Source: Prorocentrum cordatum (Eukaryota). From it: a stretch of DNA of 64,000 bases. Of the stretch, positions 37,960-53,400 are shown in pieces (positions within the stretch are counted from its first letter, which is position 1; every line of letters begins with the position of its first letter). A model generated the notes under the pieces. The model saw only the letters and a program-made list of their open reading frames with translations, was not told where the DNA came from and searched no databases. The stretch covers positions 248,001-312,000 of the forward strand of contig CAUYUJ010000004.1 of assembly GCA_963575745.1 (NCBI GenBank), read 5' to 3'. Made by a program: the position numbers and the translations under genes.

Positions 37960-39966
37960 AACTAAGGGAGTGGTCCCGACCGGGACCCAAAGACGGGACT
38001 ATTACGTTTGTGCAGTCAAAAGGCTGGGGTTGGCGCTACACGATGTGGAAGAACGACATACTCTATGCGAGGAGTGACGCGGTCGTGACCGCATTGAAGG
38101 CGGACTTGGAATCAACGTCTCAGACGATATTCCAGCGTTTATACTCCCAGGTCTCGCAAGATCCATGGACTGTACATTGGACTACGTTTGAGCGGAAGGC
38201 CACCTGCCGTTTCGATTGCGCCCCTCCTGACATTGACAAAATCCCCGTGGGTGCGTTCCTTCAGACACATCCTGATGAGAAGACGAAGTTGATCAGTAGG
38301 ATATACGCGAACCCCCCGGGAGGATATCGTGGCATAGTACGACCGCTCGAGCTGGGAGAAGTATTTGGTCCTACCGTCGGCCCAGCCGTTCGGTGCGAGA
38401 CCCCCCGGGGAAACTGCGCGAGCGTACTGGTGGGGGATCACTGGAGAGAAGGCCCCCCGCAAGCCTGGGTTGACGTTTGGGCGCCTCCCCCCCGAAAGCC
38501 TCCCCAGGGCTCAGCCGCTGGGGAAGAATGGGGAACGATGTTCGCTGTTCCAGCGGTCAAAGGAAAATACAGCGCACCGGTGCACGTGGTCGAGGAAGCC
38601 CTTACCGCCGCCGCAAAGGCGGCATACTTCGAGGATGCACCCAATCAGGCCGTGCACTGGGGGAAAAGACAACGTCCTTGGAAAAGGCCACAGAATTTCG
38701 AATAATGGCTTGCTGGGGACGGACTCGACCCAGGTGCTGATGAGGACTCGCCGCAAAAGAAGCCGAGGACTGCAACGGAGGCGCCTGACGACCCGATCGC
38801 CGTGGGTAGCCAACCAGCAGTCGTGGGCAGTAATCAGCCATCATTGGATAATCCTGGGACCAGGAAACAGGCGGCCGGCGAACCACCTGCCGGCCAGCCT
38901 CCCTACATCGAAAACCCTCCTGGCTTAGCCAGTGGGGGTAGCGGTGGTGCACCGCCCCACGGCTCAGCCGGCGGGGATGGGGAGCAACCACCAGCTGGCG
39001 GGTTTCCCTCAGGAAACAACCCGCCCTCAGGGGGAGGTGGGGGAGGAGGACTGCCGGATTCGGGACTTACAGCGACAGAGCCTGAGCCGGAAGACCGACC
39101 TTACCTCGGTCGCGGCCCTTGGAACGTTCTCGAGTATCTTCGGATGCAAGGGAGGTTCGGGCGCGATCCGACCCCCCCCAAAATGGGTGGCAAGAAAAGG
39201 TGGAAGAAATCCCGGAACTCTATATGGGGGTCACGGATCCAAAGATGAAATTTTGGTCGAATAGCTTGATTTTTGTCCAGAAATGTCAGGCGATCACAAA
39301 GGTCGCCGAAGTCAATGGACATTCGTGGATTCCGTTCACGGGAGAAGACCTTGCCGCTATGTCGTCCACGGGGAAACCCGTGACGGATTTCTTCGCCCGC
39401 TTAGTCAAATGCGGAATGGGTCACATCATAGTTGAACATGTTCTGTTCATATTGTTTCTGATTCTACAATTGTGATCAAAGACACATCAGGGGCGGCTAA
39501 GCCGAGCCTTCTGCCTGAATACAGCCTGCGACAATCAGTGTTCGGAAGCGTACAGGCAGCTATGAATGGAGCACAAATTAAAGGTATTACCGGCACCTCC
39601 GCAAGCTTTCGGTGGGGGGATCAATGGGCTTATGAAAAGGGGACACACATTCCAATTCGCTTCGCTTTCTGGAATTTCAACGACATAGTCGACAATTCAT
39701 CCAAATTAAATGGAGTCGGAAGCGGACCCAAAAGATATCAGAACCCGTTCGCATTTGCAGGGGGCCTCAGACAGATGGTAAAGGACGCCGTGGAATTGCT
39801 CGATGATATAATGCAGCGGTCCCATGAGGGGACTATAGATATAATGTACATCGGCGGGGACTCGAATTGCTGGCAGGAAGGCGAAAACGGCGTCGGTCCG
39901 ATGTGGGACGATGTTGCCACCATGGTCCGAGCCAGAATGAATCGTCGGATTGAACACTACAAGACA
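37960..39966 (+). pseudogene. Copy A cargo: unknown domain, G/P-rich linker and truncated SGNH-like domain
   Basis: ORFs 38010, 38802, 39119 and 39472 are homologous to 51270-53280 of copy B. Confidence 0.75.
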
Positions 39967-42900
39967 ATGCCGCCGCCGCCAATGTCTCATCGACGGGAGG
40001 TAACAGTGGCTCGAGAGCCTCCAGCAGTAACTCCGACAAACGTAAAAAGGATGGGGACAATAATAAAGGCAAAGGCAAAGGCAAAGACATGATCTGTCGC
40101 TCCTTCAAGGAGACGGGCAAGTGCTCGCGTGGCAAAGAGTGCTGGTTTGCCCAGACCACGGACTGTCATCCGTGACAATGGCTCCGCACTGGCGGCTCAG
40201 CCGCCAGTGCCGGAGGAATGGTGCATATAATTTTGTTAAGGGTATTATTTCTTATCTTCCTTGCTCGACGGATGCGGCGAAGCCCGCGTCGGTCAAACGG
40301 AAAGCGGGGGGGTCAGAAGAGACCCGCTGACCAAGTCAGCTTGGGTGCCAATGCGTGCCCTACTCCGTTGTTTCGGGGCCTCCTGGGGCAGAAACAGACC
40401 AGCCCTAAGTTTTTGAAAGCTGTTGCTGATGCCGGCGGAGGAGACTACTGGAATCCCTCCGGCGGTGAGTTTCACCAGGAAAGCAGGAAGCAGGTCGAGA
40501 GTATCGTCAATGTCCTTGCGAATTTCCTGTATCCTCTTTCTCGGGGCGCCATCAAGAAGTACTGGTGCGTCCCCCCTAGTAAGAGTTGCATCCCACATCG
40601 GAACAACGATAGGCGCAATCTCCGTGTCCGTTTTCACCCCTCTGCTGAGGGACCCACTATCACTTGGAGAAAGGCGCGTCGCCACGACTTGAAAGAGTTG
40701 CCTTCGAGTAGCAAAGATAGATGGACATTCCCAGCATAAGTGCGCAGACAGATACCTACTCAGTCGAGGGCATCTACTGCGGAAGCTCTGATCAGAGCGT
40801 CGGACCTGCAAGATGATGTCTGGCATCTCTGGTTGAGAACTGAGGAGGGGGGAGAGTGCCCGCGCGGCGCAGCCGCTGCTGGATGCACAGACAAAGACGC
40901 TGCGTATCTTGGCGCGCTGAGCTTCATCATCGACACTGGGTGTGGGTAAAACATCATAGCGGAGAAATGCATTAGAAGTGCAGGTGCAATGAGATTGATT
41001 CGAAAGCTTCCGCAATCGATCACTCTGAACACTGCTGGGGGAGAATCAAAGGCCCTCGGTTCAGTTCGCATCGCATGTCCCAAATTTAAGGGTGGCAGTT
41101 TTAACGCTTTAGTCATGCCGGAGACTCCGTGCGTGATTTCGGTAGGAGAGCGGTGCATGGATCACGGCTTTGGCTTCTTTTGGCAAGCAGGCCAAAGGCC
41201 CTACCTTTTATTGCCCAATGGCCAAAGAGCGGACCTGGCTGTTGAGGGCAAGATACCATACTTGACCCTATCAGGCAAAGAGGCGCTGGGTCAGTGGATG
41301 TGCGCGGTTGCCGCCGGGGGGGGTGAACCCCCCGAGCGGCGGTGTTGCGTGACGCCAGGCGCCAAGGCATTCCTGGGCAATGTGGAGTCGGCGGGAGGCC
41401 CTCCGCCCCATGCTGTCCAGACTCGCGTAACCATAGACCTGCATACACATGAGTTGATTGGTACCCACAGCTACGCTGATGGACGGCCGACTGAGATCGC
41501 GCCCGCTTTTCCATCTTCAATAGACTCTGCGGATACCATCACCTACTTCTATTATTCGCCTCGAAAGGCTAGCGAAAGCGGTTGGAATCGGACGCCGACC
41601 AGTATCGTTGCCTCCAAAAGTCTTTCAACTTTGCCCGACCACGGTCAAGCCGTCGGTCAGTGCGACGAGCAGCCCGGCAAAGCCGAGGCCTGCGCTGCCA
41701 CATACAGGTGTTCTTATGGGTACGGAGTTTCGGGATACCTTCCTTACGACATAAACCGAGGACTGGACTCCAATGCGTGCAACGCGGCCCCAGGACCCGA
41801 GAAGGGTGCAGTTGGAGACGCTGACGGTGTCGACTTAGTCGACGTCGACGCACCGCCAGATGTAGACCCAGACGATGCGGAGGTTGAGGTGTCGGATACC
41901 CTTGCCGAGCGGCTCAAAAAGGCCGCAGCCTCCCTGCCGCACCTTCTAACTCATACTCCCAAGAACCCATATTGTTCAGTATGCAATTGGGCCAAAGCTA
42001 TCAGAAAGCAACAGCGCAAGGCGCAAAACAAAGGGCTGAAGGTCCCCCGCCCATGCGCTAACCCCACTTCGTTCGGACACCTGACGACGATGGATCATTG
42101 GTTTGCGATGGATGAACTCTCTTGGGGACTCCACGATGAGACCGCGTGTGTGACTTTCCCGACCGAGCTACGGATTTTCTTGCCGCTCAGGGTGTACACG
42201 ACAAGTCTGCGGTTCACGTTTGTAACTTTTTAGTAAACCTGAAAGCCCCGGATGAGAAATTATAGTATTGTTATACAGATGGCGCAAGAGAGCTTGCGAG
42301 GCCATGTTGCGAGCTCAATATTGCCCATGATCCTACCATCCCAGGAAATAAGAAACATAACGCTGTTGTTGAGCGTGCAAATGGCGTGGTGCAGATGGGG
42401 GCCAGAGCCTTACTCAGGCAGGCTGGTCTTCCACCACCATATTGGACCTACGCGGTCCGATATTTCTGTTTACGCTACAATACTAGGACCCCAGCGGAGG
42501 GACAGTCAAGTTGGGAGCGACGCTTTGGATGTAGGTTTGATGCCCCGCTCCTTCCCTTTGGGCCCTCGCACGTTATGTGCCTCCACCTGAGCCCAGATTT
42601 CGGACCGCCAAGACTGGCGCAACGATGATTCCAGGGATACATTTGGGGTACGCGCGCAAAGCGGGGGGATTGGTTGGACCAGACAGTTATGTTGTCCCTC
42701 TGAGACAATTGGACGGTCTGAACATGGAATCAGGGCGTACCCCAGATGGAAAACGACCCGCCATTGAGAAGTCTGACCAGGTGTACAGCAACACATTAGA
42801 TGGTACTGCTGATGACCAGTCGCCTCAATTCCCTTTGCGAAAAGCGTACGAGAAAGCGGCGACAGAAGTACGTTCCGTCACAATCCCTACAGAAACAGGA

Positions 42901-45215
42901 GAAGCTGCGGCCGTCCCAGACGGGCCACAACCAGACGCAGGGATACGACCGGACAACATTTTTAATGCTGATGACCCTGCTATTGTTATGCCACCGCCTT
43001 CCCAAGAAGGCGAGGACGCTCCACACTTCGACTCAGAGGCCGATTTAGAAGATGACGGCCCAGGAGGTTTGTGTGTGGGTGACGAGCCTATGGTAGTTGA
43101 CCGCAGGGATCCTCAGCGCGATTCCCATCCAGCAGATAAGAACCAAAAACTGGGACTCGCACAACTCGAGTATCGTTTGGACAGACAGTCCAACTTCTCA
43201 GCGGCCAAGCCGCGTGAGAAGGTTCCCGGGAAAGGACAACTTCATGCTCGAACAACTCAAACCTGAGCACGATGGAATACTTCGAGGACAGACGAATCGT
43301 TGTTGGACTTTCACAAGAAGAGCTAACGCAGAAGCTTCCATTGACAGGTCGTCGAAAGACGTGCAGCGCTCGAGTTGTTCTTTATTACGACCCCGAATAC
43401 GTGCCTATAACTCGCGTGTGGGTAACAGACCCAGACCTGAAGCACAGTGCCCAATGGCTGAAAAAGCTACCTGAGTCCACCAATCCTGGGATGCATCCTG
43501 GAAGATGGTTCAATATGAATCACTCACAACGACGACAGGCCGTGGAACAATACAAGGCAGAAAAGAGATGGTTTTTCGGCATAGAAGATCCTGGCCCTTG
43601 CCTAGGCCTTCTGCGTGACATTGGCTTGGATGTGGATGATCCACCGACTCCGCCCGAACCCGCAGTGGCGCAGCCACTTGCGGCCCTTCCTGAGGCCAGG
43701 CTAACAGCGCCGAAGGTGGCTGAGCGGCTGCGTCATTTGAAGAAAAACAGCCTGTGCTACACCCCTGGCAGCGGACGTGGGGCGGCGTCGCGACCTACCC
43801 AGGGCGGCCAAGCCGCATCTGTGGCAGATGAATCCTCAGAGGGAGATGATTATGTAGGACATCTTTCGGATGATGAGGATATTTGGTGGAAACAGACATG
43901 GTACGGAGGTGCAATTGCGCGAGATGGAATTCCCTCCGGCTCAGCCGGTAGGGGCCCTTTGTCCGAAGATGATGATGACAAGCCTGAGAACAATAGCGAG
44001 GCAGGCCAGACCCCGAGTCCGGCGGCCGCCGCATCGCGGCGAAGCGTGCTTCGAATGCTATTACAGCATAGCTCGTCTACAGATCTCAGTCATCGTGAAA
44101 AAGAGAGGTTTGATTTGCAATACTTTTACAACCCGTTTACTGACCTTATCTCAATCGTCGATGAATCCTTCCAACTTCCCGACGACTGGCAACACGCCCA
44201 CATTGATGCCGTTGTCGCCAGATCTGTATCAAAAGACGAGGCCAAGGCGAATAAAGATGCCCAGGCTGCCTTGAGAAAAGAATGGGATAGGTTGCGCGAT
44301 ATAGGCACATGGATAGAGAATGGTGTCAGATAGTACTCCGATATGGTTGCCGAACTCAAGGGAAAGACGGCTCACTTTGGTCGGCTATTTGCGATCCTTG
44401 TTGAAAAGAACTCGGAGTTACCGTTAGGACACAAAGGTCGCAAGTATAAGGGACGGGTAGTTTTTGATGGTTCGAGTTTCAGAGATCAGAATAAGATGTG
44501 GCATTATTTCAGGAACTTTCCAGCAGCCCTGCTACAATGCAGGCTAGCAAAGCAGCTGACACCTACGGGCTATTCGACGGCCATAGCATCGAGCAAGCGA
44601 AGCTAGGAGGCACCCCCACTTGGGTTTTTTCCTCGAGACGAATGGCCTAAATAATGGTCTCACATGCGTAATCCTGTATGCCCACTGTATCTATCATAGC
44701 ACGGGCACCCTGATTCAGGTGGATATTGGGAGCAGCATTGTGAGGGACATGTCACGGCAAAAGGTTTTGTGAAGTGCAGTCCGTGGCGCAGCTGTTATTT
44801 CCACAAAGAAATGCAAATCTTTCTGATCATCTATGCTGACGATTTCAAGCTGTCGGGACCTGCCGACAAGCTTGCGGAGGGCTGGAAATTACTGCAAGAA
44901 CCTTCTGATAACTGTCCCAAGGGAATTGAAATAGACCCTCCAACAGCTGTTGGAAGATATTTGGGATGTGAACATAGAATGTCAACGCGAACGGTTGCAT
45001 GGCAGGGAGAGTTACCTACAATCTTAGACCCGCCTCCTCCCAAGGTTAAGAAAAACGCTTCCGTCGCAGACGAGAGTAGCGAGGAGGAATCGGGGGGTGA
45101 CTCGGCGGCTCAGCCGCCCGAGCCATATCAGCCGAGAGAACCGAAACAAGTCAAAGTCATAGAATATGACATGACAGAGTTCTTTGAGTCCTGTGTAACA
45201 TCATATGCTCAATTA

Positions 45216-46430
<1,215 letters not shown>

Positions 46431-46544
46431 ACTGACATGGGTGAGGAGGAGGGGAGAACATTATCTATCCATCTCACGTCCTAGTCCTCCCACTGAGGAG
46501 GGTGAGGAGGAGGGGGGGTTCTGCGATGAGGAAGGCTTCATCAT

Positions 46545-47160
46545 CGTGATGGTGATGACGATGGTTTTATCGCTGTTCACGATGACGATGACAATGGCGA
46601 TAATGGTGATGGACGATGACGATGGCGATAACGGTGATTATGATGATGCGGATGATGATGACGATGATGGTGATGACGATGACGATGATGACAACGATGG
46701 CGACGACGACGAGGATGATGATGCAGATGCTGGTGATGATGACGATGCTGCTGCTGATGCTGACGTTGCTGGTGCTGTTGATGATGATGACGACGATGAT
46801 ACTGATGATCATGACGTCCACGATGATGCGGACGATGGCGATGCCAAGGACGGTGATGGTGATGATGATGACGATGCTGATGATGATGATGACGATGATG
46901 GCGACGACGATGATGATGATGACGATGACGCTGGCGATGATGATGATGATGATAATGATGATGATGATGATGATGATGATGGTTATGATGATGCCGATGA
47001 TGATGACGATTATGATGATGATGATGTTGATGATGTTGATACTGATGATGGTGACGATGATGCTGATGATGACGACGACGACGGGGTGACGACGATGCTG
47101 CTGATGATGCTGATGATGACGACGATGATGCTGGTGATGATGATGATGATGCCGAGGATG
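46545..47160. repeat. Degenerate (GAT)n microsatellite
   Basis: Directly visible. Confidence 0.95.
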
Positions 47161-47785
47161 AGGACGAGGGGGAGCAGGACGACGAGAAGGAGGAGGAGGA
47201 GGAGGACTCGCTTGAACGAGGAGGGTCGCGGACAGCATTACTCTTTACCAGGCTTCGTAGGCCTCCCCCCTTCCAGCGGGGCCCCGCCAGAGCGAAGAGG
47301 GCATCAAGAACCCGTACTATTTACAAGGCTTCGTTTCCTGAGCACCTGTCCTCCCGCCTCCTTTCTTTCGTCTGCCCTTTCGTGCGTACTTACTCGTTCG
47401 ATGAGCTTCTCCTTCGTGTTGATGTTGTCGTACCCCATGGGTCCCACGAAACTGTTAATATCTTTATGTGGGGAACTCCGTTAGCATAATTTTACCATTG
47501 ATTGGACTGCAATCGATTCCACTGGGTTTGCACTTGATTGGCTTGCAACCGATTGGATTGCAACCGCTGGGGGGGCCCACAGGGCAGCGACGAGGGGGCG
47601 GCGACGGCATGGTGACGGCGAGCAAGGAACCGCCAGACCGACCCTCAGGCCAAGACGACGGGCGGCGACGACGCAGCAAGGGGGGGCGACGGCAAGGACG
47701 GAAAAACCAGACCGCCCCTCAAGCCCAGACGACGGGCGGCGACAGGGCGGCAACGGCGAGGAGAGAGCCGCCAGACCGCCCCTCA

Positions 47786-48352
<567 letters not shown>

Positions 48353-50004
48353 TCAACGTTGGTTCAGGCCCTCCTGATCAGAAGATAGAAGTTCTTGGCC
48401 TTGACGCCGCAGTAGCAAGCCCTGATGACCCCGAGCCACCGACTCAGTCGGGTGTGCTTCAACCTATTGCAGCAAAAATATTGATGAAGATACTTGATGG
48501 CGCCAGAATGGCCAGATACGACCTGCTCCGTGCTGTATGTCAAACTGCCAGTTGTATTACAAAATTGACAGAACAACGAGACAGGGATCTCTTCCGCCTC
48601 ATATGTTATATCAAATGTACCTCTCATTGCCGTTTGACTTCGTGGGTAGGTGACAAAAAGGAAGGGGTTCTGTTAAAGCAATATTCGGATGCAGACCTGG
48701 CAAGTGATATTCGCACGCATCGGAGCACGAGTGCCAGTGATCAAGCCATTTGGGGCCCATACACTAGAGCTGGACAGTCTATGGGATCGCAGCGACAAGC
48801 GTGTGTTTCCCACAGTACACTCGAGGCAAATATTGTCGCTGCTGACCTTGCGTTGCGCAAAGAGCTGCTTGCGGCGCTACCGCTTTGGGAAATACTGCTT
48901 GACAGACCAGTACGATGTCTATTTTTGGAAGATAATCAAGCGGTTTGTAAAGCCATCAAGGCAGGTGGGTCAATGCAATTAATACACCTACCGAGAACAC
49001 ATAGAATTGATGCTGCAGCTGTGTCCGAACAGTTTTGTCGCGGCCTTATTGAGCTCCAGTATGAAAGAAGTCAAATCGAGGCTGCCGATATAGGAACCAG
49101 AAGATTCATTGACCCTTTGGCTTGGGTTTAAGTTTTGTATCTTGTCAACATTGTTACACCCAAATTCTGGGCCGCTAAGCGGTACCAAGACTATCTCGAC
49201 TCGATGTTTTCCGACGGACTTACCTTGAAATCGGGGGGGATTCTAAAGCCCCGCTTGGGCCCCAGTTCGGCCTTGCGGAGAGGAGCTGTCATACCTAGCA
49301 AAAAGATGATCAAACAGAAAAAGCGCCCCAACAAGGGTAAACCCGTTGAGGCCGCCCCCGGCAAAGCCGTGGAGGCATGCGCTCCCAGCGCAGCTGCGAT
49401 TGCGGATGCATCTGGCTTAGCCGAAGATGCACGCAATATTACTCCTTTAATGACCGAAGAAGGTTACAGCAGAAGCTCCGAGAAAACGAGAGCGATGGAT
49501 AATATAACAAAGAAAAGTTCTGATCGCGAAATGAGAACAATGTTCGACATGGCGGATCGTGAAAATGAGTCAGATACTTCGACGCTACCGAAAATTATGG
49601 GAAATATTCTCAATAACAACCGTTTTCTCCCTCATCCTCCACCTGCTGCGGCTGCCAGTTATCTAAACAAAAAGGACACATGTATACAACAAGGACAGAG
49701 TTTGAAACGATGGCATTCTGTTCCGAGACTTGTTACGTTCATGCCTGCAATCGATGATTGTCCCGTCGACCTGGAAAAGTGAGATGATAGGCGCCACACC
49801 TATGCCGTTAATACCCAACAAGGTTTGACGATTGACCGCATTGACAATTGGCGTGACAAAGGGAGTAAATATCATCACCCACTTGAATAGAATTCGAATG
49901 GCGATTCCAGCGATGGTGACTATTGCCCGAGTAGATGGACTGGATACACAGAGTTCTGGATCCGAGAAGATTGCGCCCCGGCCACTCAGTGGACCGGGGA
50001 AAGG

Positions 50005-50635
50005 CTTTTGTTAGAATGCTGTTGTGGCCCTCAGAGCAGGATAGGAGACCCAAAGAATTTTGTCGATAACTCATGCAAGGTGATTCGATACACTGAGAAG
50101 GAAGATATGAGGACGAATGAGGGACTTAGAATAGCATTGAACGACATTAATACGTTCAAGGGAAAACATATTACGTTGTGGGGTTCTATGCCTTGCACGG
50201 GGGGCTCTCCCTGGCAATATGTGAACGAAGCGCATTATTTTCGTGCTGGAAAGCATAGAGCGATGCGTAGGCTTCGTGGTATTAGGGCTGATTTCAGATA
50301 CCTGTTTTGGAACTTCCGGGAGATTGCCCGCGCTGTGCACAAAGCGGGGGGCGTTGTTTGTATTGAATGGCCTACCCAGTGGTTTCACGAGAGAACTAGA
50401 GTTTGTTAAGACGGCGTTGCATGGATGTGCGTACGGATTAAATGATAGCAAGGGTAATTACATGACAAAGCCCTGGACGATAGCTACTACCTCCTCTGTT
50501 GTTGCGCAGGGACTTGAGCGCAGATGTGATGGCGCACACGAGCGCGTTGAGGCTAGAGGACGAGAATACAAGAGCGCAGAAGATTACACGGATGCTTTTG
50601 CTGAGCAGGTCCATTTCGTCATTGCCTGTGCCGCT
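50005..50635 (+). pseudogene. C5 DNA-methyltransferase-like domain, copy B (frameshifting deletion near 50380)
   Basis: ECCCG, WGSMPCTGGS, CIEWP, GCAYGL...KPW, RCDG. Confidence 0.8.
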
Positions 50636-52759
50636 GAGAGATCTTTGTCGTCTCGTCGTCGCCCTATCCCCTCCTCTGATCATGTTTGTGCCGCTGCCGT
50701 TTCGTCTCTAGAGCTTGCGCGGGCTGCCCCGCGGCCGCCCCCCCCTGGGATCGAGCGGTTGCCTTGCGGCGACTACTCGAGCCTTGCCTGCTGCGGCCCC
50801 CGCGCGTCTGAGAGAGCATCGACCGAGCCCATGTGTCGACCGTTGAGTGACTCAGCGGTTAAGCCGCCGGGGGAGGACGTTGTTTCGGTCCGCTCAGACG
50901 ACGTCGTAGATGATTTCGTCTCCGACTCAGTCGGAGAGGAAAACCAAGGGAGAGAGATCAACGATGATGCCCCTCCCAACACAATTCGAAAGGCCACCCC
51001 ACCGGCTCAGCCGAGAGGGGAGGCTCGCCCACCGGCTCAGCCGGGCGGGGCAAGGGATAACGACTTCAGCCCGAATGATGTCGTATCCGAGGCGGATATC
51101 GAGATGGAAGCTGGTGTTGAGATTCGTGGCGAAGAGATAACTGTTCGCAAAGGGGCAGCAGAGGCAGCCTTCCGGGATGGTCAGCCCGCAAAGAAAGCAG
51201 CCAATTCCAATACAGGGGAAATCGACTCCTGGAAGGATGAACCGATTTTTCGATGCTACCCTGACAAATTGAGAGAGTGGTCCCGACCGGTGCCTACCGG
51301 GGAGACCAAATTTGCACCCACGAAAGGATGGGGTTGGCGCTGCACGATGTGGAGGCATGACATACTTCACGTGCGGAGCGACGAAGTCGTGACCGCGTTG
51401 AAGGCAGACCTGGACGCGACGTCACATACGATATTCAACGTTTGTACTCCCAGTTTTCGCAAGACCCGTGGACAGTACACTCGGCGATGTTCGAGCGAAA
51501 GGCAACTTGCCGTTTTGATTGCGCCCCCCCTGACCTGGACAAGATTCCAGTTGGTACGTTCTTTCAGACGTATCCTGACGAAAAGACGAAGTTGGTCAGT
51601 AAGGCGTACGTGAACCCGCCAGGTGGATACCGTTGCACAGTTCGAACGCTCAAGATAGGAGAAGTCTTCGGTCCCACTGTCGGCCCAGCTGTTCGATGTG
51701 AGACTATCTTTGGAGACTATGTGAGCGTGCCAGTGGTAGATCGCTTGCCTGAGGGCCCCCCTCAAGTCTGGGTGGACATTTGGGCCCCTTCTCCCCGAAA
51801 GCCTCCCCGTGGCTCTGCCACCGGGGATGGCTGGGGGGCGATGTTCGCTCTCCCAGTGGTCAAAGGCTTATACCACGCGCCAGTGCATGTTGTCGAGGAG
51901 GCCCTTACCGCCACTGCAAGAGCGACATATTTCGAGACTTCTCCTCAGCAGGCGGTCCACTGGCGGAAAAGGCAGCGCCCGTGGAAAAGACCGCAGAACC
52001 TCGATGAATGGTTTGCCAAAGATGGCCTCGATCCAGGGGCCGATGAGTACTCGGCGCAGAAGAAGCCGCGGACGGCAGCAGAAGCACCGAACGACACAGT
52101 CGTCTCGGCCAGCCAACAAGCAGCCTCGTACGTCAATCAGCCCTCATTGGGCAGCCCTGGAGCCGGACGACAGGCGGCCGGCGAATCATCCGCCGGTCAA
52201 ACATCTGGCAACAATAACCCTCCCGGCGCAGCCGGCGGGGGAACTGGTGGCGGCCCACCCCGCGGCTCAGCCGGTGGAGGTGGAGTTCCACCAAAATCAG
52301 GCGGGTCCTCTTCGGGAAACAATCCACCCGCCCACCCCTCCTCAGGAGGTGGTGGAGGGGGAGGACCGCCCGACTCAGGACCAGCCGCAGCTGAAGCTGA
52401 GTCTGACGATCAGCCGTGCATCGGGCGAGGCCCCTGCAACGTCCCAGAGTATCTACGGACGTAGGGGGCTTTCGCGGAAGATCCCAGGCACCCCATGAAC
52501 GACTGGCAGGAGAAGGTGGACGAAATTCTAGTTTCTATATTGAGGTCACGGATCCGAAAATGAAGTACTGGGCGACCAAACTGACCTTCATTAAACAGTG
52601 ACAGGCCATTTCTCAGATCGCCAAAGTTAGCGGACATTCATGGATCCCGTTTATAGGAGAGGACCGCGCGGCCATGTCGGACACGGGGAAACCCGTGACA
52701 GATTTCTTTCGCCCACTGAGCCTAATGAGAAACGGGTCGAAGACTTCTTGGTCTTGTTC

Positions 52760-53400
52760 TGTCCACATCGTTTCAGATTCTACAAGTGCATTCAAGGATG
52801 GACCCGGGAAAATGAAGAACAGCCTGCTCCCTGAATATAACCTGCGAGAATCGGTGTTTGGAAGTGCGCAGGGCGCCATGAGTGGAGCGCAGATTTCGAA
52901 CATTCGTGATGCCTCTTCAAAGTTTCGGTGGGATCAGGGCGGGTACTACATAAAAGGGGCCCACGCTCCGATCCGTTCTACCTTCTGGAACTTCAATGAC
53001 ATTGTTGATAACTCATCTCAGCTAAACGGAATTGGGAGTGGGCCAAGAAGACAGGATAACCCGCTCGCATTCGCAGGAAGCCTTAGGTTCATGATAAACG
53101 ACGCCTTTGCGCTGGTTGACGAAGCGCTTTGTCGTTCATCCGAGGGGGCGATTGATATAATGTTTGTTAGTGGGGACCACAAGTGCTGGCAGAACGATGA
53201 CGGTGGCGTTGACCCGATGCGGGGCGATGTTGCCACCTTGGTCCGAGCCAGAATGAACCGTCGGATCGAACACTACAAAGCAACAGGAATGTTTCCTAGG
53301 ATAATGATTCTTGACGGAGTGGGCCTCTACTGGCAGCTGAGACACCGCCCAGGAGACATTTTTCATTGCGGTGCCAGCCACCCGGACTACAAACTGAACA
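52760..53400 (+). pseudogene. SGNH/GDSL hydrolase-like domain within the retrotransposon cargo
   Basis: HIVSDST (block I Ser), MSGA (block II), FWNFNDI (block III), GDIFH (block V DxxH), in the correct order within ORF 52674..53597. Confidence 0.65.

Noticed and set aside
36637..37965. Prokaryotic restriction-modification system or bacterial contamination
   Set aside because: The methyltransferase is embedded in an LTR-bounded polyprotein within a spliced gene; no endonuclease partner or operon structure.
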